From a virus, in IMG/VR virus record IMGVR_UViG_3300049216_000067: a stretch of 64,000 nt of DNA; one strand, 5' to 3'. The notes under the pieces are model-generated. The model did not search any database and was not told the DNA's origin. It was given only the letters and a program-made list of their open reading frames with translations. This document shows, one piece after another, positions 53,255-62,318 of this stretch. The position numbers and the translations under genes are program-made. Position 1 is the first letter of the stretch, and every line of letters starts with the position of its first letter.

Positions 53255-53806
53255 TTATACCTGTCTGTTGATTTGCATCATTGTAAATCTGAAAGATGCT
53301 GTTGCTGTGATAATCGTAGATGCATCTACTTTAGTGCTTAGTTGGATACCGCTCAAACTCTCTGGAAACATCTGTGTAAAGCTAATAGAAAGAATTGGGT
53401 TGTTTTTGTTGGTCAAGATCGTCAATGTGCCGTCAGAATATTGTGGCTGCTTGGAAGCGATCTGAAGACGTTGTTGCATTGAAAGATTCTTGTATTCTTG
53501 GAAACTTTCCGGAATACCTATACCTTTCAACCAGTCTTGGACACTGGTGTATGACCATAGGGCCTCATCGACAGCAAAGGTCATTGTCAAAGCTTCGTAG
53601 ACGGTCTTGTTGCCTGGAAGAGGCGCATTTACGAACGGAGTATCTTGATTCGCTGCGGCTACCCTAATGCCTGGAATGTTGACATCTTGAAGGAAAAATT
53701 GAACGTAAGGGAGCCTAGAAAAAGTCATCTGAAACGTGCTTGATTGAAGCAAGTTTTGATCAGTTGGATTGGCATTAATGCCAGCAATTAAGGGTGTTAT
53801 ACTCAT
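53255..53806 (-). CDS. gp3: Tail completion and sheath stabilizer
   Basis: N.LQ...F, VNIPG, FPESLSGI; synteny. Confidence 0.85.
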   Translation of the reverse strand: MSITPLIAGINANPTDQNLLQSSTFQMTFSRLPYVQFFLQDVNIPGIRVAAANQDTPFVNAPLPGNKTVYEALTMTFAVDEALWSYTSVQDWLKGIGIPESFQEYKNLSMQQRLQIASKQPQYSDGTLTILTNKNNPILSISFTQMFPESLSGIQLSTKVDASTIITATASFRFTMMQINRQV

Positions 53807-53810
53807 CCCC

Positions 53811-53818
53811 TATTTATA
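53811..53818 (-). promoter_or_regulatory. Late promoter TATAAATA
   Basis: Exact consensus upstream of gp3. Confidence 0.75.
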
Positions 53819-54806
53819 GGGCTACTCCGAACTCCTGTAATTTACGGTGCATTTTCATAATAACACCGTGCATGATGTCCATCTGCTTGTCAAAGCGTGC
53901 CCCAAGGTAGATCTTTGATAGGTCGAGATATTGAATCTCATCATCCTCAAAACCGAATCCAACCCCAGGAATCGCTGAATCGATCTGTGGATCTCTACCG
54001 GTAGGAGGAATCTCTGTGTTATACCAAACCGCCCAACGACGCAAATCTTCCAAAGTCGCAGCAAAATTCTTTTTCCTTAATTCTGTGTGAATGCTTGCCA
54101 ACTGAAAGAATGTTCTGACACGCCCAAGATCGGCTTTGTTGTTTGCTTTTGCTGCGTTCCTAGTCAACTGTCTGTAATGGTTCAGAACAGCTTTTGATGT
54201 TATTTGCTCAACACTACGAATAGGAAAATGATTGATCCTAATACCTGAATAGTAGTCAGGTACAATCAAACCGTTATCTAGTCTTTTCCACTCATGATTA
54301 CCATGCGTGATCTTCACATGTGGCGCACGATTCCGATCAATGATCGCTTTGTAAGTAATATGATTCTCGTTTTCCAATGGATTGAACACGGTGTATAAAG
54401 GGTTTTTGTGTTCAAAATAATCCAAACTTGTCGGCACCCAAGATCGCCACATGGCCTTTGGAACAAGGTGTTTTGGTGTTCTCTCTAATTTCTCTAGGAT
54501 ATCGTCTTTGGTCTCTTCGAGAAATTCATCAGCATCCAAAAACATAAACCAATCATATTGACCATTGGCATTGATGGATCGAAGGGCATTCGTGACTAGA
54601 CCGTCCTGATTGTAGGTGTTATCACCATCAAATGTGGTGCTAATTGGTAAACCTTCTTGTTTGAGTTTATTGAGAATGTAAGCGGTCGCATCAACACTGT
54701 TGTTGTCAATGATATAAATGTGATCGAAAATACGACTGTTGATTCGAACAAACAACTCAATAATATCGCATTCATCACGGACCTGTGTGATGCAAGCTAT
54801 TTTCAT
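53814..54806 (-). CDS. Glycosyltransferase family 2
   Basis: VRDECDII, IDNNSVDAT, FLDADEF, HFPIRS. Confidence 0.85.
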   Translation of the reverse strand: MKIACITQVRDECDIIELFVRINSRIFDHIYIIDNNSVDATAYILNKLKQEGLPISTTFDGDNTYNQDGLVTNALRSINANGQYDWFMFLDADEFLEETKDDILEKLERTPKHLVPKAMWRSWVPTSLDYFEHKNPLYTVFNPLENENHITYKAIIDRNRAPHVKITHGNHEWKRLDNGLIVPDYYSGIRINHFPIRSVEQITSKAVLNHYRQLTRNAAKANNKADLGRVRTFFQLASIHTELRKKNFAATLEDLRRWAVWYNTEIPPTGRDPQIDSAIPGVGFGFEDDEIQYLDLSKIYLGARFDKQMDIMHGVIMKMHRKLQEFGVAL

Positions 54807-54988
54807 TAGAAACGATAGTTTTCCCAAACCTGAACGATTAAATCGGTTTCGCTCTGTTTGAATGTGGTAATAGTGTAATAGTCTTTGTATGGGTAGGAAG
54901 ACTCTATCTTCGCCAACCCAGATGTGATTTCATCCTTAATAGTTGATCGGATCAGAAAAGTTTCACGGAGACGATTCAGATTGTACAT
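54806..54988 (-). CDS. Hypothetical protein
   Basis: ORF, coupled. Confidence 0.5.
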   Translation of the reverse strand: MYNLNRLRETFLIRSTIKDEITSGLAKIESSYPYKDYYTITTFKQSETDLIVQVWENYRF

Positions 54989-55200
54989 TATAATCTAGAC
55001 CACTTCTTGTGTAGATACCACTGTATGGCTATGATGGTAATTAAAACACCAGTCCACATTATTGGAAAATGGAACCAGCACAGAACACAGAACCAGAACA
55101 AATCTATGATTGTCCACGCAATGACAAGGTCTTTTAACTCATCAGCGCGTTTTAGTATCTGTCTGATGCCAGCAGCTATATTTTCTTCTTGATCATTCAT
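54988..55200 (-). CDS. Small membrane protein
   Basis: Two hydrophobic segments. Confidence 0.5.
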   Translation of the reverse strand: MNDQEENIAAGIRQILKRADELKDLVIAWTIIDLFWFCVLCWFHFPIMWTGVLITIIAIQWYLHKKWSRL

Positions 55201-55553
55201 TGTGTTTCCAACCAATGTTTAATATGAGCAACGACGCCGTTGGGACTGGCGTGTGCATAAATCATTCCGGGTTTATTGAGCCAAGCTGGAGATACTTGCA
55301 ATGAATCTAATTCAATATTGCCATTGTTTTCGATGTGGAATGTAAATCTACGCATGATGCGTATTGGCTTACCGTCATCGTATGTTTTGATGGTCTGAGT
55401 CATGTGATCGACATCATTGCACGAGACTATCAGCACACCAGGAGGCATCACAGTTGTGTCTAATTCCAATAGATTTGGAGCACCGAATTCTTTGTGAATG
55501 GAATCAGCCAGTTTCGTCAACTGATGAAATAGATACTCGTTCTCTAAGCCCAT
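55197..55553 (-). CDS. Hypothetical protein
   Basis: ORF with upstream promoter. Confidence 0.55.
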   Translation of the reverse strand: MGLENEYLFHQLTKLADSIHKEFGAPNLLELDTTVMPPGVLIVSCNDVDHMTQTIKTYDDGKPIRIMRRFTFHIENNGNIELDSLQVSPAWLNKPGMIYAHASPNGVVAHIKHWLETQ

Positions 55554-55607
55554 ATTAATTCTCAAATATTAAGATACTCATATTATGGGCTTTATATTCT
55601 TAATAGT

Positions 55608-56135
55608 CTATTTGGCGTATCCATTAGGGAATTTTGGTCTGTTGGTACCGTTCAGGCGCGGACCAACCTTATTGATTCTACCGCGCCTCCAACCTTCCGG
55701 AATGAAGCCGTCTCTACATTGCATAGATGTGATTCCATCGGTTATCCAGAAGAAACCATTGTTGTGAGTGTGACCTATCATCCAAGGAAGAGGTTTGCCT
55801 TTCTTAGCTTTGGAAATAGCCTCAGCTATCTCTGGTGTGCATGGATGTCCGTCGCCTCCAGGAGTCATATTATAGCCACCACCGTAGCTTCTATATTCAG
55901 CTATAAAATATTTCTCCATTTCCTTTGCTGATAACTCATCAAATGCAGTGAAGATATGATCAACAATGAAAGTTGACCAACCATGTTTTCTTATAGATTG
56001 ATGAAGTATATAAAACGAGCCACCTTTAGCAGAACTTTGATGTGCTGCAAGTCTCTGGGTTAGGCTAGTGGACGTTATACCGACATAAATCTTGCCGGTG
56101 TTCCTGTTTGTCAGACGGTAAATGATATAGTGCAT
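55608..56135 (-). CDS. GIY-YIG (Seg-like) homing endonuclease
   Basis: IIY...YVGIT, R...H, E, GYNMT.GG, NUMOD-like tail. Confidence 0.88.
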   Translation of the reverse strand: MHYIIYRLTNRNTGKIYVGITSTSLTQRLAAHQSSAKGGSFYILHQSIRKHGWSTFIVDHIFTAFDELSAKEMEKYFIAEYRSYGGGYNMTPGGDGHPCTPEIAEAISKAKKGKPLPWMIGHTHNNGFFWITDGITSMQCRDGFIPEGWRRGRINKVGPRLNGTNRPKFPNGYAK

Positions 56136-56150
56136 TTTCTATGTATGCAC

Positions 56151-56178
56151 AAACAAAAACGGCCCCTTTCGGAGCCGT
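56151..56178 (-). terminator. Intrinsic terminator after gp23
   Basis: ACGGCTCC-GAAA-GGGGCCGT-TTTTGTTT. Confidence 0.85.
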
Positions 56179-56202
56179 CTAAGTTGGTTATCAAAGTATT
56201 AA

Positions 56203-57555
56203 TTATTTCAAATTAATAACAATGAACTTCCTGTAGTAGCAGTTGGTGTTAGCTGTGATAGCACCAAGTTGCTGGTTAGTTCCACCTGCGTATGGGTTTG
56301 CAACCAAACCGTAACGAGTCTTGAAGCCGATCTTTGGCTGGAAGGTGTTAGGGTCGATAGCACGAACCATCTGAAGAGGAACGTAAGGGCAATAGAACAA
56401 TCCTGCGTCGTATGCAGTTTGACCCTTGTAACCAACGGTTACGTAGTCAGCACCAGATACAGAGTAAGGATCGGCATAAACTTTCATACGACCGAACAAG
56501 GTACCGCAGAAAGTGTTGCCACTGTCGTCTACGTTCAAGTTGGTGTTGTTGGTCAATGCAGACTGGTAATCAAGCAAACCACTCATTGCCAACGCAGATG
56601 CGATGTCAGTAGAGCAGATAAGCATGTTACCCTTACCACGCCTAGTGTCCTTACCAATCTTGTTTGCTTCACGCTCAATTTGCATGATCAAAGACTTGTA
56701 AGTTTCAACCTGCCAACGGCCTGCGGTGTCACCACCAGTCAATGCAAGGTTGTAGATACCAGCGACGTTAGAACCGAACTGCGCACCAACGTTAGCTGTT
56801 GCGTAGATTGTACGGATAACTTCACGGTTGATTTCGGCCAAAATTTCGGTTGAAAGAATGTTGCTCAACTCGGTTTCTGCGTCAAGACCGTGAATTGCCT
56901 TCAAGTCTTGTGCAAGTTCCAAGGTGTAATCAGACTTCAAACCACGAGTGTTTGCAGTAACTGTAACCTTTTCGATGCTGAAACCCATGGTTCCCCATGC
57001 GTATGCACCGCCAAGATCTTCACCAACACCTGTTGGGAAACCGTAACCAGTGTTAGCCAAGCCAAAGCTTGAGTTTGCTGGGTTGGTGTTCTGTGTACCG
57101 TCAAATGGACTGAAGGTACCGTTACCAGACACCTGGTTGTTTGCTTCGTTGTACAAAGCTTCAACACCGAAGGTGGTGTCGTTAGCAAGGGTGTACTTAG
57201 AACGCATTGCAAAGATCAAACCTGTTGGACCAGTCATTGGCTGAACACCGCATACGTCGTATGCGATCAAGTTAGGCAAAGACCTACGAACAAGAGAGAT
57301 CAAGATTGGGTCGAAACCGGCTACTGGACCAGCTGCTGCGGCAGAACCGCTGTAACCACCAGTACCTGCTGCCATTGCTGGAGCAGTTTCTGTCAAGAAT
57401 CCGTTGTTAATACGTGCTTCTTCACGAGCAGCCTTTTCTTGGTTTTCAAGAATAACGGCAGTGACGGCACGACGGTACTTGTCACCAATTGGTGCAAGAC
57501 CTGGGTGGTCCATAACTGGAGACCACTTCTTTTGTAGATTTTCTGAAAGATACAT
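56203..57555 (-). CDS. gp23: Major capsid protein
   Basis: LVRRSLPNLIAYDVCGVQPM, ELAQDLKAIHGLDAE, FQPKIGFKTRYG. Confidence 0.98.
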   Translation of the reverse strand: MYLSENLQKKWSPVMDHPGLAPIGDKYRRAVTAVILENQEKAAREEARINNGFLTETAPAMAAGTGGYSGSAAAAGPVAGFDPILISLVRRSLPNLIAYDVCGVQPMTGPTGLIFAMRSKYTLANDTTFGVEALYNEANNQVSGNGTFSPFDGTQNTNPANSSFGLANTGYGFPTGVGEDLGGAYAWGTMGFSIEKVTVTANTRGLKSDYTLELAQDLKAIHGLDAETELSNILSTEILAEINREVIRTIYATANVGAQFGSNVAGIYNLALTGGDTAGRWQVETYKSLIMQIEREANKIGKDTRRGKGNMLICSTDIASALAMSGLLDYQSALTNNTNLNVDDSGNTFCGTLFGRMKVYADPYSVSGADYVTVGYKGQTAYDAGLFYCPYVPLQMVRAIDPNTFQPKIGFKTRYGLVANPYAGGTNQQLGAITANTNCYYRKFIVINLK

Positions 57556-57576
57556 TTTTGTTTTCCTCTATCGCAA

Positions 57577-58791
57577 TTAAAGTTGAGTCCTAGAAATAGC
57601 ATTTACATAAGCGTCCATAAGAGGGGAATTTTCCGTCTCGTTCTGGGCAGGAACTTCACTTTCTGCTAGAGCAATAGAATTAACTGTTGCTGGTTGCTGA
57701 TTGTCCTGCTTCACCTTGTTGAAATAGCTCTCACGAACTACGGTCAACTTTTTCTTGTAATCGTCTTCTGTGACGAACTCAACTCCCTCTGCGAGAGTCT
57801 TTACCTTGACTGCTTGTGTGGCGGTGAGACCTTCACAAACCTTAACAAGGATTTCTTCCTTCTTTGCTTCGTTGATCTTCTTTCCAAGATCAATTTGTGC
57901 ATTGATGCTGTTATTTAGCTTTTCTGTAAGTTCTGCAATTTCTTGTGTCAAGCTTTCAACAACATCTACCTTCTCAGAAGGCAATTCGATGTAGTGATCT
58001 TCAAACAAATTCTTCAAACCGCTAAGAAAATCTTCAACGATTTCGGCTTTCAAACCAGACTCAATAGCAACTTGATTTTCTTCCTTCCATTCGTTGACCA
58101 TAGCGTCTAAATATTCTTCGACCTGTTCTTCCATTTCAGCAGTGATTTCTTCAACAGATTCTTCTGCTGCTGCAATGATTTCGGCTTCAAGTTCTTCTGC
58201 AACCATAACGGCACGGGCAAGAACTGCGGCTTCAAAAATAGTGGTAAGCTTGGTCTTGAAAGATTCAGAGAATGTTTCGCCAGAAAGAATCGCATCGATA
58301 TCTTCCTTAACGTCCTTTTCCTTCATCTTTTCTTTCATTCTGGCAACTTTTTCTGCCTTTGCTTCTGCAAGCTCTTCGTCAGTAAGTTCAAATTCTTCCT
58401 TAGTAGGATGCATGTATTCATGACCGGCAGTAGATACGCCTTCGCCATTGTTTTCATCTGGAGATGTATGTGCGCCAGCACCTTGAAGAGAAGCTTTTGC
58501 AGCTGCTTCACGACCACCACCGGCAATCTTCAAATCGTGCATTGGCTCATTGCTATCTTGTGTAGCAGATTCGCCAGGAGGTGTTGCAACACCACGGTGT
58601 GCAGCGGTTACCTTACCAATCTCATTGCCCTGTGGGTCCTTATGAGTTGCACCACCAAGATCTACACGACCTTGTGCTTGTGGTTGCGGTCCACGTACCG
58701 TTTCAAGGTCTTGCATAGGCATTCTTGGAGAATCGGTACGAGACTTGTTTAGTACTTCTGCTGCTGCTTCGGTTAGTGACTTGTGAGACAT
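57577..58791 (-). CDS. gp22: Prohead core scaffold
   Basis: TIFEAAV, W.EENQVAIESG, synteny. Confidence 0.92.
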   Translation of the reverse strand: MSHKSLTEAAAEVLNKSRTDSPRMPMQDLETVRGPQPQAQGRVDLGGATHKDPQGNEIGKVTAAHRGVATPPGESATQDSNEPMHDLKIAGGGREAAAKASLQGAGAHTSPDENNGEGVSTAGHEYMHPTKEEFELTDEELAEAKAEKVARMKEKMKEKDVKEDIDAILSGETFSESFKTKLTTIFEAAVLARAVMVAEELEAEIIAAAEESVEEITAEMEEQVEEYLDAMVNEWKEENQVAIESGLKAEIVEDFLSGLKNLFEDHYIELPSEKVDVVESLTQEIAELTEKLNNSINAQIDLGKKINEAKKEEILVKVCEGLTATQAVKVKTLAEGVEFVTEDDYKKKLTVVRESYFNKVKQDNQQPATVNSIALAESEVPAQNETENSPLMDAYVNAISRTQL

Positions 58792-58818
58792 ATTTTAGAA
58801 CTCCTTGGAATACGGGTT

Positions 58819-58826
58819 TATTTATA
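58819..58826 (-). promoter_or_regulatory. Late promoter TATAAATA
   Basis: Exact consensus upstream of gp22. Confidence 0.8.
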
Positions 58827-58848
58827 CTTTTGAATTTCAGGGGATTAT

Positions 58849-59301
58849 CTATTTCTTCATCCCAGCGGAAATCAATTCGCCGTGATTTGATGGTAGGCCA
58901 CCATTAGCTATCGTCTTACCCTTTATCCAAGGGATTTGCTTGTTTCGCTTGTGCCAATTCTTAATCTTTTCTATAGCCTTTACGGACATTCTGGTTCCTG
59001 TTCTATCAGGAATCATGTTATCTTTGTTTGTTAATTCATAGTTTGGATACATCAATCTGAATCGTTCTATACAGAATTTCTCTAGTTTCAAAGCTTCTTC
59101 TGAAGACAACTCGGTGGCTACAAATTCGACTCGATGTTCAAGTTCCAAAGATCTAATAGTATTAATAATTCTACATTTATCCTTATTGTGCTTATCTCTT
59201 GTTCTGCCATGTACAAATGCTCTATCGCCAGTTCCTTTACCAAAGTAGAATGGGACATCATTGAATGGCTCGACTAGAGCGTATACATAACAATCATTCA
59301 T
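58849..59301 (-). CDS. GIY-YIG-family endonuclease
   Basis: YVYAL..PFYFGKG..R, EAL.LE, LTN. Confidence 0.8.
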   Translation of the reverse strand: MNDCYVYALVEPFNDVPFYFGKGTGDRAFVHGRTRDKHNKDKCRIINTIRSLELEHRVEFVATELSSEEALKLEKFCIERFRLMYPNYELTNKDNMIPDRTGTRMSVKAIEKIKNWHKRNKQIPWIKGKTIANGGLPSNHGELISAGMKK

Positions 59302-59948
59302 TAAAGCTTGCTCAAATAATTTTGCATGATAGACAAAGCAACTTCTTCTAATTGATGTTGTTTAGCTTCTTTGATTGTCTTATTCATTTCAGCAATATCC
59401 GCCTCGACAATCACCCCATTAGCCCATATCCATTCGCGACCTTCCATCATGGCATTTACAAAAGCATCTGGAGCAGAAGGATCTGAAACAATATCACCGG
59501 CAGTAGCAAGGTGATAATCACTTTGGACGATGTTCAAACCATTAGATTCTTTAAGAGATCCCATACCACGGGTTGAAGTACCAAATTGAACGTTGTCATC
59601 AATTAAATGTTTGACGCATTCACCCATTGGGGTGCTAAGGATCTTAGAGCGACCGATCCAATTGTATTTGTCTTCTTTCAAAGAAAGGATTTTGTGGCTA
59701 GCACGATCATAATTAATAGTTGGGCTAGTTGGGTGACCTAATTCACCAACGGCACGGTTAGTGTCGATCATTTCTTTAATATAACGGTCAACTTCTGGCT
59801 TAAGGCTTTCGTACTTGTACATACGATTGTTTCTATTGCGTACTTCAGATTGAATATAGATACCCTCAATAAAATACTGCTTAGGTTTACCGTCCTTACC
59901 TTCTTCGATAAGAACTCTTGAATCGAATGCTTCTGTTAATAGTTTCAT
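59301..59948 (-). CDS. gp21: Prohead protease
   Basis: GELGHP, STRGMGS, DIVSDPSAPDAFV. Confidence 0.95.
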   Translation of the reverse strand: MKLLTEAFDSRVLIEEGKDGKPKQYFIEGIYIQSEVRNRNNRMYKYESLKPEVDRYIKEMIDTNRAVGELGHPTSPTINYDRASHKILSLKEDKYNWIGRSKILSTPMGECVKHLIDDNVQFGTSTRGMGSLKESNGLNIVQSDYHLATAGDIVSDPSAPDAFVNAMMEGREWIWANGVIVEADIAEMNKTIKEAKQHQLEEVALSIMQNYLSKL

Positions 59949-59950
59949 TT

Positions 59951-60214
59951 TTACAATCCCAAGCTATCCCTGCGTTTTAAACTTCTTAATCTTTTGATCA
60001 ATGATCTAGCGGCTTTTGCCCTTCTCTTCAACTTACCTTTTCTTGCACCCATTCTTCTATGTAGTTTTTCTGCGGCAGACATACGTACCAACTTACCACC
60101 ACGCAAAGCGTATCCTTTGACACCACTTCTCTTGATGTTTCGTTGTATCTTTCCACCACGAATACGCGATCTGATTCGCTTTATCCTGGCTCCTGCATGT
60201 GCCTTAAAACTCAT
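59951..60214 (-). CDS. Basic prohead core protein (gp68-like)
   Basis: Arg/Lys-rich, VRMSAAE, position before gp21. Confidence 0.7.
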   Translation of the reverse strand: MSFKAHAGARIKRIRSRIRGGKIQRNIKRSGVKGYALRGGKLVRMSAAEKLHRRMGARKGKLKRRAKAARSLIKRLRSLKRRDSLGL

Positions 60215-60603
60215 TTCAAAACCTTTCGAACTATTCCAATAGTGCCTTTCTTGATACCTGAAGAAATGCCCCTGCTAATAAGGTTATAAACACCTTGTCC
60301 AGCTAGACTATTTTTCTTAGCAACCTTCTTTGGTTTAGCTATTTTGACTGGTTTTGGTTTCGGTAATTTAACTACACTAGCTTGTTTTTTAAGCTTAGTA
60401 GTTGCTTTCCTAACACCTGCCAATCTCTTCTTCAACTTACCTTTATGATAAGCATTAGCTTCAATATCTTTCTTCGGAACCTTTTCCTTAGCTGATGCAT
60501 GATGAGCAATCTCTTTGCTAGACTTTTTGATGTAAGAAGCAAGTGTTGTTTTGCTTATTTCATCTAGCCTATCTTCTCTGAGATATGCCCTAAAAAGTTT
60601 CAT
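60211..60603 (-). CDS. Internal head protein
   Basis: CTS-like MKLFRAYLRE; LDEISKTTLASY module. Confidence 0.65.
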   Translation of the reverse strand: MKLFRAYLREDRLDEISKTTLASYIKKSSKEIAHHASAKEKVPKKDIEANAYHKGKLKKRLAGVRKATTKLKKQASVVKLPKPKPVKIAKPKKVAKKNSLAGQGVYNLISRGISSGIKKGTIGIVRKVLK

Positions 60604-60605
60604 TG

Positions 60606-61103
60606 TTAAGCTGGCTGCTTAGCCAATCCAAAGAAGTTATCGTTGTATTGTGCGTAAACATTTGCGTAACCACCACCAGCACCACCTTCTTTAATCAATG
60701 TAAGGATCAAAGAGAATGAGTCGAACGGTTCAGCGCCTTCGATAAACAAGTTGATATCACCACTGCCACCGGCAAGGTTTGCAGTGTTTGATGCAAGAGG
60801 GTTTGGCATGTAGGCAACAAATTGGCTAGATGTTTTACCACCCAAAATCAACATATCGTTGTTTGTTGCTGCTCCACCAGCTGCCCATTGAATAGAGCAA
60901 TATCCGTTAGCAAAACCTGCTGCGTACTGCACGGTTGTTGCTGAAAGAATGCAAGGCAAACTAGAGTTTGCATAGCTGAGTGTATTAGCTTGAACGATCT
61001 TGGTGTTACTGTTAGTTGCAGCGGTAAAATAACCGACAACCTTGACCACAGTCTTATCACCTGTATCAAACAAAATTTGAACTTCTGGTACGTTTGGTGC
61101 CAT
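60606..61103 (-). CDS. Putative structural protein
   Basis: Head-gene cluster; beta-rich composition. Confidence 0.6.
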   Translation of the reverse strand: MAPNVPEVQILFDTGDKTVVKVVGYFTAATNSNTKIVQANTLSYANSSLPCILSATTVQYAAGFANGYCSIQWAAGGAATNNDMLILGGKTSSQFVAYMPNPLASNTANLAGGSGDINLFIEGAEPFDSFSLILTLIKEGGAGGGYANVYAQYNDNFFGLAKQPA

Positions 61104-61104
61104 G

Positions 61105-62316
61105 TTATTTTCCTACCTTCATATGTTTAGCGATGAATGCGCTAATCTTTTTGATTCCGCTAGCACCACTATTTATTAAGCTTTCTATCTTCTTCTTGTT
61201 CTGACGATTGACCTTACCGTGAAGGTGCATTACTTGATGCGCTGTTGGATGATCGATCATTGCTGTTGAACCATCTCTGAAACGAACAGTTGCAGGATGT
61301 TGTGTTTTCATAATAGTATGCAAAGAATGAATTGTTGCTTCCATAATAGTATCGTTTTCAACTTCTTCTTTTTTTATTTTGTTGATAGCACGATAAAATC
61401 CAAAAGCTCTTTGTGTTTCTCTTCCTTTCCTATCTTTACCGTGTGCATCAAGGTTTTTGTGGATGTATGATTTGAGAGTTTTCTGTGAAAGTTCATTAAC
61501 AATCTCTTCACCCAATGGGTTTAACGTCTTTCCGTGCTTTTTTATGTGACCAGCAAGAGCCTTTTTGGCCCAGTCTAGACGCTGTTTTGCTGTGTCAAAA
61601 TTGTCTTCTTGACGAGAAAGATCACGCTTGAACATTGCACGTTCTTTGCGAATCTTTTTAAGTTCAGGTGACATGGCTTCATCAATACCGATTTGAGTTT
61701 CTTCAAATTTAGTATTAAGTTTGTGTACCAATGTGGCTATTGCTTTACCTTTTTTATCACCATCATTTTTACCGTGAACGGTCCAAGCCGCATAGCTAGA
61801 ATTAGCCTTATGCGCTTTTGGGTTTTCTTTTACGCGAAGATGTGAATACCTATGACCCAAACCTGCATTAATATCTCGTGAATCTTTCCCTAAATCCCTA
61901 ATTTCATCTATAGTCATCATTGATTCTGCTGTCAATTCGTGACCCTTATAAACTCTCTTATTGCCTTTAACATCAGAGAATTCGACAAAATGCTTGTTTG
62001 GATCTTTAGAGAAATGTCCAGTGACGGCACCAACTTCACCATGATATTCATCATCTGGTTTGTTGATTCTTACTTTAGTAAATTTTGGATGAGTTTCTTC
62101 TGAAGTTGTTGCTATGTTTGTGTGCTTTTTACCCAACTGACCAGGTGTGTAAGGAATAGCTACATCGATCTTCAAATTGTCATTTGTATATTGAGCTATA
62201 CTTTGACCACCAGGAAATGTACGAATAGCTTTACGACGCAACACTAGCATTACCGGTGGGTCGTTAAATGCTGTTGATTCGGTTATTTCCTTGAGTAGAT
62301 CGCTGAATTTCTTCAT
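61105..62316 (-). CDS. Internal head polyprotein-like protein
   Basis: CTS-like MKKFSDLLKE; VNELSQKTLKSY module. Confidence 0.65.
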   Translation of the reverse strand: MKKFSDLLKEITESTAFNDPPVMLVLRRKAIRTFPGGQSIAQYTNDNLKIDVAIPYTPGQLGKKHTNIATTSEETHPKFTKVRINKPDDEYHGEVGAVTGHFSKDPNKHFVEFSDVKGNKRVYKGHELTAESMMTIDEIRDLGKDSRDINAGLGHRYSHLRVKENPKAHKANSSYAAWTVHGKNDGDKKGKAIATLVHKLNTKFEETQIGIDEAMSPELKKIRKERAMFKRDLSRQEDNFDTAKQRLDWAKKALAGHIKKHGKTLNPLGEEIVNELSQKTLKSYIHKNLDAHGKDRKGRETQRAFGFYRAINKIKKEEVENDTIMEATIHSLHTIMKTQHPATVRFRDGSTAMIDHPTAHQVMHLHGKVNRQNKKKIESLINSGASGIKKISAFIAKHMKVGK

Positions 62317-62318
62317 GG

